Below are positions 32,801 through 41,277 of a DNA stretch of 64,000 nucleotides, in pieces (the first letter of the stretch is position 1; every line of letters begins with the position of its first letter). The notes under the pieces were generated by a model. The model searched no databases, was not told where the DNA came from, and worked only from the letters and a program-made list of their open reading frames with translations. The position numbers and the translations under genes were made by a program. Source of the stretch: a virus. The DNA is taken from positions 30,693 through 94,692 of IMG/VR virus record IMGVR_UViG_3300023197_000086; one strand, given 5' to 3'.

Positions 32801-34047
32801 ACCTTAATGGCATCATCGCTCCAGCTGTGAAGGATGTGGACGGCCAATTCCTCCCCGCCGCCACCATCCCACAGGTCCACGCCACGATGATCATCGGTTC
32901 GGTAGTTGACCGAGAGGACAGAGTTATTCCAGCCGGTAGTGCGAAGCCATACAGAGTAGGAGAACTCCTCTGAGGCTTTCAAATCCAGGTGGTGATCAAC
33001 GGTGATGGTGTCGTTTGATGAAAACGACACGCCATTTCCGCTCACGCCGGATACATTCGAGGGCGAACCGGAGACATCCCCGCTCAGCTCGTTCCCGCTG
33101 AGATCGTCGGCTACACCATCCGAGATGTCATCCAGCGACCAACTCAGGATGAAATCCGAGTCGAGCAGTTCGTGGGTTACTGCCGCGACCGTGTCAGAGG
33201 CGGTTTCCACCTGGGCCTGCAAGGCCGTACTGAGATCGCCGAACAAGTGCGCGTGGTCGTCAATGGCCGCCCGCATGCTCGACAAAGCCTCCTCCGTGGC
33301 CTTCACGGCCCCTTCGGCGTCGGCGGTCGGCTCGATCAGATCGGAGACAGCGGCCTCCATGACCGACTGGAGAACGGCGAAGCGCCGCACCGTGATCGCC
33401 GTCTCCATCGAGGCCAGCGCGGATTCGGCTGTGCGCACGGCGGCGTCGACCTGTGCTTGCGCCTCCTCGTCGCCCTTGACCGCGGCGAGCGTATCGCTCA
33501 GCGCGTCGATGGGGGCGACGATCGCGGCCTCGGTGTCCGCGAAGAGATCGGAACGCGCCTGCACTGCCGCCTTCATATCGCCCAACGATGTTTGTGCAGT
33601 TGCGATCGCGGCATCCGTGCTGGCTGTCGGCTCTTGGATCTGGCGGATGGCGGCCCGAGCCGTGGACACCTTATCCAGCACGTGCTGAACCGCGGTTTCC
33701 GCATCGGCCAAGCTCGTCTCGTCGACCTGGGTCGCCGCCTGCGCCGCCGCGGTCAACGTCGAGGGGTCGCTGATGGCGGCCAGTGTGCTGGCGAGCTGCG
33801 TTTCCACCTGTTCCACTGCGGCGTCAAGCGCGGCGGTGAACTCGCTGTGCTCCAGAACCCCCGCCTCGGCGCTTGTCAAGAGGTCGGACACCTGGGCGAT
33901 AGCCGTTTCCAGCGACGTGACGAAGGCGTCTTTGTCCTCGGCCAGCGCCGGTTCGGCTGTCCACGAATGATTGTCGAGCGAATGGACGGTGCTGTCGCCG
34001 CCGGCAATCCAGCTATGGCTGGACAGGCTGTGCGGCTTGAAGATCAT
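29815..34047 (-). CDS. Long tail fibre with Ala-rich repeats, two LamG domains and a DUF2341-like domain (1410 aa)
   Basis: Repeating TA.A.AAV units; LamG 1 (WSLDD..GDWHHVVTTYDG..GDLDEFQVW) and LamG 2 (WHL..EWAHIALVYDG..FDGQIDEVRVYNRALS). Confidence 0.8.
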   Translation of the reverse strand: MIFKPHSLSSHSWIAGGDSTVHSLDNHSWTAEPALAEDKDAFVTSLETAIAQVSDLLTSAEAGVLEHSEFTAALDAAVEQVETQLASTLAAISDPSTLTAAAQAATQVDETSLADAETAVQHVLDKVSTARAAIRQIQEPTASTDAAIATAQTSLGDMKAAVQARSDLFADTEAAIVAPIDALSDTLAAVKGDEEAQAQVDAAVRTAESALASMETAITVRRFAVLQSVMEAAVSDLIEPTADAEGAVKATEEALSSMRAAIDDHAHLFGDLSTALQAQVETASDTVAAVTHELLDSDFILSWSLDDISDGVADDLSGNELSGDVSGSPSNVSGVSGNGVSFSSNDTITVDHHLDLKASEEFSYSVWLRTTGWNNSVLSVNYRTDDHRGVDLWDGGGGEELAVHILHSWSDDAIKVHQDSGSSGYINAQDGDWHHVVTTYDGSKAASGVQIFVDGQEQPLSVQVNNLSSEDIGVLAPIRLNGRSDSDGNQQQSGSGDLDEFQVWTRKLTPPEADTLYRNPGHRPGTAQARAAIDTVRTVGASMETAITVRRFAVLQSVMEAAVSDLIEPTVSAEGGVTAFETLLANTRAAIMDTIVQTATGHSAVADTDDVTSSALAAVGDQETDHLAQARAAISEQVSGDWLGYEEVVAQGAKVAAPVNDLAIALENMSSEWWNNVASDGSDIRVRDATGTTDYAFELEAFDYANQTGILWFRAQGLQAGSDTTYRVYAGNSNATTPAPSDPLGSQNVWPSSAKGVWHLGRSSGNALDSTSNGNDGTVNGATQGVSGQVGNAYSFDGNDDTVEVSDDAALDPDRVTIFLWFKPNNLPFPGWDGLVSKGPSGTREYWIYGVDGASEIKTEITTSDGGGSARTPSLTEGEWAHIALVYDGNQMLLYQDASEVGGNTLSGDITPTTNPLYVGHIDGFGYFDGQIDEVRVYNRALSADEISTYFNNQSDQGAFWSFNGWHPAPSAKAQAAIADTDSVQSAINAAASDLLEPTGSARAAIHDIEDFAAQAEGAVTTDESHSASAQAAIDRTHVRLASVAAAVGDLETLLADTQAAIVDTIVRTATTHSAVADTEEVVSAALAAVGDQESRLASLQAAISDTSTPTAQAEAAVQDQHQRVAGVQAAVREVFVKAVDTVAAVSNVLARQADVDAAIRQVQTFTATLDAAVADVAQRMSDAQTAIATDESPLASVDAAVRSAEDALAQARVAVSDIRESLGQAEAAVSDLETATAQADAAVSDLGTQTASVDTAVTEVETLVSQAQAAITSGQGVSADVQSALMKAERQLAASEAAIAHPNLDQHGSTEAAVTVRRFAILSSEAKVATKRDHERRAKAFSAIAGAVDAAAQISAVVFAPHKIDSKLAIEVLQTRGAISTEGLNLSLSVQKGQSTMTTEQTGLGITVT
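32337..33414. repeat. 91-bp direct repeats (32337-32427 and 33324-33414, one mismatch) flanking LamG domain 1
   Basis: Encodes METAITVRRFAVLQSVMEAAVSDLIEPT twice; offset 987 bp = 329 codons. Confidence 0.9.
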
Positions 34048-35255
34048 CAGGCAACCCGCAGCAGGTCCGTCCAGTATTTGTGGCCGCCGGCGACGAGAAT
34101 GCGATTGAAGGTCGTGTAGGTGGTGTCCGCCGTGCCGACCTCCACGGTCTTGAGCAGTGAGTCGCTGGTGTTAAAGAGCTGGAGTTTGAACGTGCTGTCC
34201 TGATAGATCGCCAAGGCGAACTGATACCACTGGTCCTCGGGCGGGTCAAAGCTGACTACCGTTCCCAACGTGGTGGGCGTGCCGCCGTCGCGGCGGTGGA
34301 TGGCGATCTCGTTGGCGTCGTGATCCACGCGGAACCCGTAGCCGTCGCCGTTCACATCCACCAGCGCCAGAGCGTCGTCCCCGTCCCCGGCGTAGTTGGA
34401 CGGGCGGAAGACGTAGCCCCAGAACAGCACGCCGGGCGACTCGGCAAGATGGAGCCGCCGGATGCCGCCGTTCGGGTCGTTGTTATTCTGCTTGAGCAGC
34501 GAGTAGCTCCCGTCGAAGGCTTGGGCGTTGTCCTGAATGACCGTCCCGCTGCCGAAGTCGGACCAGTTCGCAATCCCATCCTCAAAGCTGTCCTCGAAGT
34601 GAATGTTGAGGAAGTCGGTCACGGCGCCTGACACCCGTGGCGGCGTCAGGGTGTCGACGCGACGGACGCTTACCTTCTGGCCCTGGAGCTGTAACTCAAA
34701 GCTCACGGAGCCGTCGGAGGCGGACATGCCTTCGGCCAGCGGCGTAATGCCGCCATCCCCGTTTGTCCAATCGCGTACGGCGGGGTAGGGGAAGACGATC
34801 AGCTTGGCATCGCCAAGCGGATTGTCCGCCTTGTCCGTAATCTCGTCGGAGATGAGCGCGGGCGTCCAGGCGGCGACAGGGGGGCTATCTTCCGAGTTCC
34901 CGTCGCCGTCGTAGCCGCGCACGACGTACCAGCTCTTGCGGTTCATGGGCGCATTGGTATCGACATAGCTCTCCACGTCTCCCAGCCCGGACGCGATCGT
35001 TTCCAGAACGCCCGTGTTGTTCAGCTCGTCCGGGGCTCGCAGCACGTCATGGTCGACGGCCGTAAACCCGGCCGACCAAGAAACGGTAATCTGTGTGCTG
35101 TTGTCGACTGCTAGGTTGACGCTTGACGGCGTGGGCTTGAGTGTCGAGCGATAGTCGAGCGACGCCGCATCCGCGACCGCTTTGGACCACTCATGTTCAG
35201 CGAGGGGTACAACCCCCTCAGCCCAAGCTAGTTGACGTGCCCATTCAGCAGACAT
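34047..35255 (-). CDS. Tail protein with fibronectin type III-like domain
   Basis: PSSVNL..ITVSWS..HDVLR..SYVDTN..YVVRGYDGDGNSEDSPPV. Confidence 0.65.
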   Translation of the reverse strand: MSAEWARQLAWAEGVVPLAEHEWSKAVADAASLDYRSTLKPTPSSVNLAVDNSTQITVSWSAGFTAVDHDVLRAPDELNNTGVLETIASGLGDVESYVDTNAPMNRKSWYVVRGYDGDGNSEDSPPVAAWTPALISDEITDKADNPLGDAKLIVFPYPAVRDWTNGDGGITPLAEGMSASDGSVSFELQLQGQKVSVRRVDTLTPPRVSGAVTDFLNIHFEDSFEDGIANWSDFGSGTVIQDNAQAFDGSYSLLKQNNNDPNGGIRRLHLAESPGVLFWGYVFRPSNYAGDGDDALALVDVNGDGYGFRVDHDANEIAIHRRDGGTPTTLGTVVSFDPPEDQWYQFALAIYQDSTFKLQLFNTSDSLLKTVEVGTADTTYTTFNRILVAGGHKYWTDLLRVA

Positions 35256-35603
35256 CTAGGTCCTCGTAACCGATCCTCCGGCCATGATGCGGATCGTGCC
35301 GCCGCTGGTGTTCTTCACTCGGATGAAGTTATCGTCGGTGGTGCGATAGGCGCGGTGTTCGATGGAGCCTAGGTCAAGAGCTTTGCTGGGGTCCTTGGGG
35401 TAGAACTGGATTTCGTTCCCGCCGCTGTCCACACGCATGATCTCAATGCTGTTGCCGCCGGGCCACTCGATCTCCTGAATCATGGCCTCGACGGTGCCCG
35501 ACGACGTGTCAACGCCGTTGTTGTTGTTGCCGGGATTGAGGTCGAGCGTCCCGGCGTCGGCGACCGATGCACTCCAAAACATGGCCTGTCCAAGCGTTGC
35601 CAT
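35256..35603 (-). CDS. Hypothetical virion protein
   Basis: Tight packing in the tail module. Confidence 0.6.
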   Translation of the reverse strand: MATLGQAMFWSASVADAGTLDLNPGNNNNGVDTSSGTVEAMIQEIEWPGGNSIEIMRVDSGGNEIQFYPKDPSKALDLGSIEHRAYRTTDDNFIRVKNTSGGTIRIMAGGSVTRT

Positions 35604-35613
35604 TTGTTATCAC

Positions 35614-35949
35614 CTATCCTCGGTAGATTTCGGTAGAACCTGGAACATTCCTGGCGTCATAGACAATTCCATACCGGGCTCTCTCGGAGATAGAGGTCAG
35701 GAAAGATACTGCGACAGCTCGGACAATGTGACTATGCCCGGTGTATGCCCAGACCTGGTCCCCGTTGGCGTCGATCTTGTGGACTTCAAAGTCGTCATCC
35801 CCCGAGTAGACGTTGCCGTCCGCGTCCACCGCGACAGCCTGGACTCGGTCACTATGCCCGGTGTATGCCCAGACCTGGTCCCCGTTGGCGTCGATCTTGT
35901 GGACTTCGTTGTCTTGAGCCCCCGAGTAGACGTGTTCTGCTTTGGGCAT
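35614..35949 (-). CDS. Two-blade beta-propeller-repeat protein (120-bp tandem duplication)
   Basis: VYSG..D.EVHKIDANGDQVWAYTGHS twice; 57 bp identical at 35731-35787 and 35851-35907. Confidence 0.65.
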   Translation of the reverse strand: MPKAEHVYSGAQDNEVHKIDANGDQVWAYTGHSDRVQAVAVDADGNVYSGDDDFEVHKIDANGDQVWAYTGHSHIVRAVAVSFLTSISERARYGIVYDARNVPGSTEIYRG

Positions 35950-35952
35950 CCA

Positions 35953-36342
35953 TTACTCCTTTCGTCGCAGCCGCAGGACGGGTTGATTGTCGAATAGAAT
36001 CCGGTACTCCACGGCGCGCACGGCCTTGCTCTGCATCTGCCCGCCGGGGCCGACGTTGGCGATGTGGTCGGTCTCGACCGGCGGCAACACGTCGCGCACG
36101 CCCTCGGGCACCTCGACCGACGCCGGCTCGATGCCGTTCGGCACCATGGGGAAGCCGTTCGCCGTGGCGTTGGTCGCCTCGATCGGGCCGACCGGCTCCC
36201 AACCGATTTCGACAATGGGGTCCCACGCCGTCCGGTTCTGGACCTCGCTGAACAGCGTCTGCCGACCGGCCTCGTCGATCTGCCGGATGACGGACCCGCT
36301 GCGCAAGCGGACCCACCAGCGGGCGTGGTGGACAACGCTCAT
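35953..36342 (-). CDS. Hypothetical protein
   Basis: GGAGG RBS before MSVVHHARWW; ATGA overlap. Confidence 0.55.
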   Translation of the reverse strand: MSVVHHARWWVRLRSGSVIRQIDEAGRQTLFSEVQNRTAWDPIVEIGWEPVGPIEATNATANGFPMVPNGIEPASVEVPEGVRDVLPPVETDHIANVGPGGQMQSKAVRAVEYRILFDNQPVLRLRRKE

Positions 36343-36608
36343 GACTCGGTCGCCTCCAGAGCGGCAATGATGTCGGTGATCAGGCTGTCCAGGTCCTCGT
36401 AGGGCCAGTCGGCGACCCCGCTGGCCGCAAACCGCTGCCCGAGCTCCAGTGACGTGACCTGCCAGCCCTGGATCTCGAAGATCTCGTTCGGATGGAACGG
36501 CAGGGCGGGCAGAATGTCCTTGAAGCCGTGGATTGGGAACTCCACGAACCTCAGCTTCATGCGGAACTGTTCGCGCAGCTTCGTCTTCTGCTCGTCGGTG
36601 AAGGGCAA
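36339..36608 (-). CDS. Hypothetical protein (TTG start)
   Basis: AAGGAG RBS. Confidence 0.55.
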   Translation of the reverse strand: MPFTDEQKTKLREQFRMKLRFVEFPIHGFKDILPALPFHPNEIFEIQGWQVTSLELGQRFAASGVADWPYEDLDSLITDIIAALEATES

Positions 36609-36620
36609 CGGTTGCTCCTT

Positions 36621-37793
36621 CTAGCCTCGCGTCCGCGTCACCCACGGGTGAGCGCGATGTTCGTTCGTCTGAGCCCATGCGTGAACGCGCCGGGCCCGCT
36701 CCACCTTGCTAGCATGACGGAGATGGGGGCGTAAGCGGTCCAAGGCTCTCCGCAACGAATCGACTCGCATGATTCGGATGCCCCAATAGTCGTGCAGAAG
36801 CCCGCGACCGTTGCCCGGGTGAACCTTCGTGCCGGCCTTGACCTCCACATAAGGCTCCGGCAATCGGACGCCGTCCTCGCACAGCTGTTCATAGCACTGC
36901 TGGATAATGCCTTGGTCTGTGGACCGAACGACAATCTGGGGCCACGTCTTCCCGCCGGGCGGCATTATCGAGCCTTCGGCGTCGATGTAGCCAGCCAGGA
37001 ACGCCCAAAATGCCTCATCGTGATTCAGGATGTCGTCGGGGATGCAGTCGTCATAGTCGAGCAGGAACTCGAACGACAGATTCAGCCGGTAGCGGACATA
37101 CTCATAGAGCTGACCTAATCGGTATATTTGGCGTTCGTTAAAATCTCCATAAGAATGGAACAGGCTGTGAATCAGGTCGATCTGGTCCGATATGGTGGAG
37201 CCACAACTGACTTCGACCGTGGCGCCTCCCGGATAGCGTCTGACGCGATAGAGGTCGCCCTTGGCGAAGCCCAGCATGTAACCCTTCTCCACAATGTCGC
37301 CGCTAAAGTCGCGGAAGTTCCGATGCCGGGTGAACGATTCCGTCTTGGTGCGGGCCTCGATGCCCCATCGTTCGATCCAGTTGCGGACCGTCTGGCGGTC
37401 GCACCCATAGCGGTGGGCAAGCTCGTCCAGCGTCCAACCCTCCGCGTAACGCTGCTCCAGATCGGCGCGGTCGATCTCGTAGCGTTGGCCGTGCTTCGAG
37501 GGCCGGCTCGCCACGCTGTGCCGATTGAGAACGCGCGTCACAGTTGTGCGACCACAGCCGATGTCACGGGCGATCGCATGTTTCGCCTCGCCAGCCTCGT
37601 AGCGGCGAACGATCTCCGCCTCCGCCTCAGACGAGATACGCTGATCTCCCGCCGGGCGTTGCGACACGCCCTGCTCACGGAGAATCGAGCGGAGGGTCGA
37701 CTCGCCCATCCGGTATTCTTTCGTCAGCTGCCGCATCGTGGCTCCGTTCTCGTACTGCTCGGCAATCCGCTCTGGATCGCGCTTTTGAGACAT
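36621..37793 (-). mobile_element. Free-standing LAGLIDADG homing endonuclease with three N-terminal HTH repeats
   Basis: YENGATMRQLTKEY / YEAGEAKHAIARDIGC / YAEGWTLDELAHRYGC, then YMLGFAKGDL and FLAGYIDAEGSI; interrupts the tail module. Confidence 0.85.
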
Positions 37794-37854
37794 TGAGGAT
37801 CACCGCCTGTAATTCACAAACGGTAAGCCCCAACATCAAGAATTTGGCTGTCCT

Positions 37855-38457
37855 TCACTCAACGACGCTTGCGCGGAACGCAAATTGCCCGCCTGACATA
37901 TGCTCGTGGTTCGCATCGGTGTCCACTAGTAGCTGCATCACGATGTGGTACGAGGTGAACGCCGAGGTATAGAAGTTGTCATCGACTTGGGCGGGCGAGT
38001 TGGAGGGGAAGTCTCCCCACACCTTCGTCGGTGTGCTCTGGCCGTTGTAGTAGTTGTGGCCGTTGGTGCCGTCCTCGATCGGGTCGCCGCTTTCGTCCAC
38101 CGTCCCGCTCGCCTGCTGATAGCTGGCCGGGGGCACGCCGATCGGATTGCTGTCCCGATTCCCCAGGCGCTTCTCGCCGTCGGTGCCGAGGGCCCAGGAC
38201 GGGTTGGTGTCGATGTACCAACGGATGTTTCGGATGTCGGTGAAGCTGCCGGTGTTCTCCCGCAGCGCGACGTTGACCCAGAAGGAGTAGCTGTAGTTGC
38301 CGCTACCGGCGGCGCCGGAGGGGAGGGCGATCGGATGCCAGTCGGACGTGCCGATCTGCAACGGGTCCACCATGTCCTCCGTGCCGAAGCCGACGGAGGT
38401 CACGACGGTCTCGGTGGGCGACGTTCCGGTCAATTGCACGATCTCAAGCGTGGCCAT
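37855..38457 (-). CDS. Hypothetical virion/tail protein
   Basis: Beta-rich acidic ORF in the structural operon. Confidence 0.6.
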   Translation of the reverse strand: MATLEIVQLTGTSPTETVVTSVGFGTEDMVDPLQIGTSDWHPIALPSGAAGSGNYSYSFWVNVALRENTGSFTDIRNIRWYIDTNPSWALGTDGEKRLGNRDSNPIGVPPASYQQASGTVDESGDPIEDGTNGHNYYNGQSTPTKVWGDFPSNSPAQVDDNFYTSAFTSYHIVMQLLVDTDANHEHMSGGQFAFRASVVE

Positions 38458-38464
38458 AGGGGAT

Positions 38465-38926
38465 TCACCTCACGTGGACGATGGCCTGTTTCTCGTAGAT
38501 GTGGCCGCTTTTTTCCTCGGGCGCGAGCACGCGGATGGTGTAGTCCTTGCCGGGCACGCCCTCCCCTACTGCCAGCTTGTAGACCTGTTCGTCGTTGCGA
38601 TCGACGCCTTGGTTGGTGATGGTTAGCTCGTCAGTGTCGGTGAGCTCCTCCCCCTGGACAATGATGCGAGCCGTTGCTTCACTGGAAGGGATGGTCTTCG
38701 TCTTGGACCGGACGTCGCCTTCCTCTCGCGTCTGCAACACGAACTGACCGCCGTTTTCCACCGAGTCGGCCAGGATGTCGCTGAGCATGATTCCGGCCTT
38801 GACGCGCACGTCGATGGGGCCACCGAACTGCACACCTTCGCCCAGCTCCTTGGCGAAAGGCAGCCTGACGGGGACGTTCATCTCCGGGGTTTTGGTCAGC
38901 TCGTCAACGATCTCGACGTCCGCCAT
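38465..38926 (-). CDS. Hypothetical virion/tail protein
   Basis: GGAG RBS; structural operon. Confidence 0.6.
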   Translation of the reverse strand: MADVEIVDELTKTPEMNVPVRLPFAKELGEGVQFGGPIDVRVKAGIMLSDILADSVENGGQFVLQTREEGDVRSKTKTIPSSEATARIIVQGEELTDTDELTITNQGVDRNDEQVYKLAVGEGVPGKDYTIRVLAPEEKSGHIYEKQAIVHVR

Positions 38927-38929
38927 CGG

Positions 38930-39778
38930 CTACACTCCGAACACGATTTGGATGACGGGGTCATCGTTCCACGAGATTTGTGTGCCCATCGGCACGGTGC
39001 GCCGCAGCCAAAGCGGGATCGTCTCGTTGGGACCGAGGTTGATGTGACCAATCGCGCTTGCCTCGTCGCTTGGAGGTGTGTTGGGAAAGACCAGCTCGGC
39101 CCCGTTGGTTCCCGGCGGCGATCCGCTCGTCCCGGCCCCGCCGGTGTCGGTGTAGTTCGTGTTGCTCGTCTCCCAATAGTCACTCGGCGAGCCCTGCGCA
39201 CGGCCGTAGACGCGATAATTGGTGGCTCCGGGAACGGCATCCCACGAAATCTGGATGGATTGCGTGCTTGATCCGTCCACCATTGCCGAGACTTCGGCTG
39301 AGGCGATCGTCTCCCCGTTGTCGGTCAAGGCCGTGACGACGTAGTAATAGGTGCCGCTTGAAAGCGAGCCTCCGCTCTGTGCGGAGGCCGAGACATTGGT
39401 GGGGGCGTCGATGACGGGCGCAGTGCCTTCGTTGGGGACGGAATAGGCGATGCCATTATTGCGGCCATCTCCGAGGCCGTTCGGGTCGAAGGTGACGTTC
39501 AGTTCAATCGGGGATGGTGAACCGTCCGGCAAGTTGCCCTGCACGACGTAGAGGATCAAGTCCAGCATGGACTCTTGGCCGTGCGTGTTCTTCAGGTAGA
39601 GGCAGCGATACTCCGTATCCCCGAAGAACGCCTCGTTGTAATGGACAAAGTCGAGCAGGTTGCTGGTCGGCGATGTCACTGCATGGTCCGAAACCTCACC
39701 GCCAAGGCTCTGCTTGCCGTTTGCGTTACTCTTCCCGCCGGATAGACGCCATTCCAGATCGGCCGCACCCACAGGCAT
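38930..39778 (-). CDS. Tail protein with FN3-like insertion
   Basis: EYRCLYLKNTH; APTNVSASA..TYYYVVTALT..IQISWDAVPGATNYRVYGR. Confidence 0.65.
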   Translation of the reverse strand: MPVGAADLEWRLSGGKSNANGKQSLGGEVSDHAVTSPTSNLLDFVHYNEAFFGDTEYRCLYLKNTHGQESMLDLILYVVQGNLPDGSPSPIELNVTFDPNGLGDGRNNGIAYSVPNEGTAPVIDAPTNVSASAQSGGSLSSGTYYYVVTALTDNGETIASAEVSAMVDGSSTQSIQISWDAVPGATNYRVYGRAQGSPSDYWETSNTNYTDTGGAGTSGSPPGTNGAELVFPNTPPSDEASAIGHINLGPNETIPLWLRRTVPMGTQISWNDDPVIQIVFGV

Positions 39779-40164
39779 TAGTATCCCTCAAAGTAGCTCA
39801 TGACGGGTTGATTGATGTCGAGGCCCTGCTCCGTCCGGCTCCACACCTGATAGGAGAATGTCCGATAGCTCCACGCCATCCGGAGCACGCGGGTCGAGAC
39901 CGTCAGCGACGGCTTCGCGTTGGTCCGGTTGATCCCGTAGGGCAGACTCAATTGGCGCGTGGCCTTCTGCGTCACCTCGTACTGCACGGTGAGCTGGCCG
40001 ACGTTGATGCTGTAACTGACCGCCAGCGATGTCCGGTTGAGTTCCAGCAGCTCCGCTCGCCACTGGCGGCCCGAGAGGCCGAGCCCGTGAAACAGCAGCG
40101 TGTTGCGAAATTCCGTGCCGGCCTTCCAGGTCTGACCGTTCAGCGACGGCGGGATGAAGATCAT
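39778..40164 (-). CDS. Hypothetical virion protein
   Basis: Operon packing. Confidence 0.55.
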   Translation of the reverse strand: MIFIPPSLNGQTWKAGTEFRNTLLFHGLGLSGRQWRAELLELNRTSLAVSYSINVGQLTVQYEVTQKATRQLSLPYGINRTNAKPSLTVSTRVLRMAWSYRTFSYQVWSRTEQGLDINQPVMSYFEGY

Positions 40165-40169
40165 GCATA

Positions 40170-40442
40170 TCAGGTCGTGATCCGGCGCTCAGACCAATCG
40201 GTGCTGCCGGTGTCCTCTTGACGCAGTTGCACACCCACGTTGATGCGGCTCTCGTTGGGAAGCTCGCCGACCGTGATGTCATAGGCCGCCGGCACCCCGC
40301 GCTTGCGCAACAGCCGTCGCATTTCCTCGAGCCGGTCGTCGCCTTCGAATTTGTCAACCTCGCTGTATTCCACACGGACTTCTTCGCCCGTATCGAGGAA
40401 GACCGTGACCGCCTCTTGATTGTTCTCGATCGTCCGGATCAT
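40170..40442 (-). CDS. Hypothetical protein
   Basis: GGAGG RBS; ATGA overlap. Confidence 0.55.
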   Translation of the reverse strand: MIRTIENNQEAVTVFLDTGEEVRVEYSEVDKFEGDDRLEEMRRLLRKRGVPAAYDITVGELPNESRINVGVQLRQEDTGSTDWSERRITT

Positions 40443-40729
40443 GATGCCTCCAAGCGTTGCGGGTCGACGTAGCGACCGCGGAACTCCTGAGCCGTGATCT
40501 CGATAAACCGCCCCGGCACTTCGGCAGCTTTGTCCTCCAGCGCTCGGGCGTACTCCTCCAGCGGGACAGCCACCCGCCAGACTTGGCGGGTCGGGTCATC
40601 ATCAACCGTCCGCGAGGCGAGCAGCACGGTCGGGGCCGGCACCTCGGGCACCTGATAGTGATTTTCGACCTTGACCCCATCGCCGCCGGTCTTCTCCACC
40701 GTCGCTTCGACGTAGTAAAACTTCTCCAT
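40439..40729 (-). CDS. Hypothetical protein
   Basis: Probable start MEKFYY at 40729. Confidence 0.55.
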   Translation of the reverse strand: MEKFYYVEATVEKTGGDGVKVENHYQVPEVPAPTVLLASRTVDDDPTRQVWRVAVPLEEYARALEDKAAEVPGRFIEITAQEFRGRYVDPQRLEAS

Positions 40730-40731
40730 GG

Positions 40732-41271
40732 CTAGATAATCTCGCTGATGCTGTGGTCGGTCCCCTGCGCCATCACGTCGTTTCGGGATTCCCAATAGGA
40801 GTCAAAGCTGATCGGGTCGCGGAAGATGGCGACGTGATCGCGCCCGTGCAGAGCGCGGATGTCCGGTTGCTCACCGATTTTGGCGGCGATGATTTCGTAC
40901 CACTGGTTCCGCTTGATCACGTCCGTCGGCAGAATGCTGTCGAAGTGGTCGGCGGCGAAGGAGTCAATCGCCAGGACGACACCGGCCCAAGGCCGGACGT
41001 TGAACCGACACGCCTCCAAGAGCTTGTAGTCCTCGCCGCTGGCAAAGATGTCGTCCTCCACCAACAGGTCGCCGTCGCCCACGACCTTGCGGACGTAGGT
41101 CGACTTGTTGTCGGTTCTGTTGACCAAAAGCTGGCCGGGATTGGCGAAGTTGGTGAACGAGGCGGTGGAGTCGATCAGATGAAAGTCTTGGGCTCCATCC
41201 GTCGTCGCTTCGCGCAGATTGACAGACCCGTTGATCGGGACGACCGTCGAGTATCGCTGTCCAATTGGCAT
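40732..41271 (-). CDS. Hypothetical virion protein
   Basis: Operon packing. Confidence 0.55.
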   Translation of the reverse strand: MPIGQRYSTVVPINGSVNLREATTDGAQDFHLIDSTASFTNFANPGQLLVNRTDNKSTYVRKVVGDGDLLVEDDIFASGEDYKLLEACRFNVRPWAGVVLAIDSFAADHFDSILPTDVIKRNQWYEIIAAKIGEQPDIRALHGRDHVAIFRDPISFDSYWESRNDVMAQGTDHSISEII

Positions 41272-41277
41272 GGAAAA

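Noticed and set aside
35701-35933. Possible DGR template/variable repeat pair
   Set aside because: Mismatches are not confined to adenines, the copies are tandem within one ORF, and no reverse transcriptase is in the window. The same applies to the 91-bp fibre repeats.
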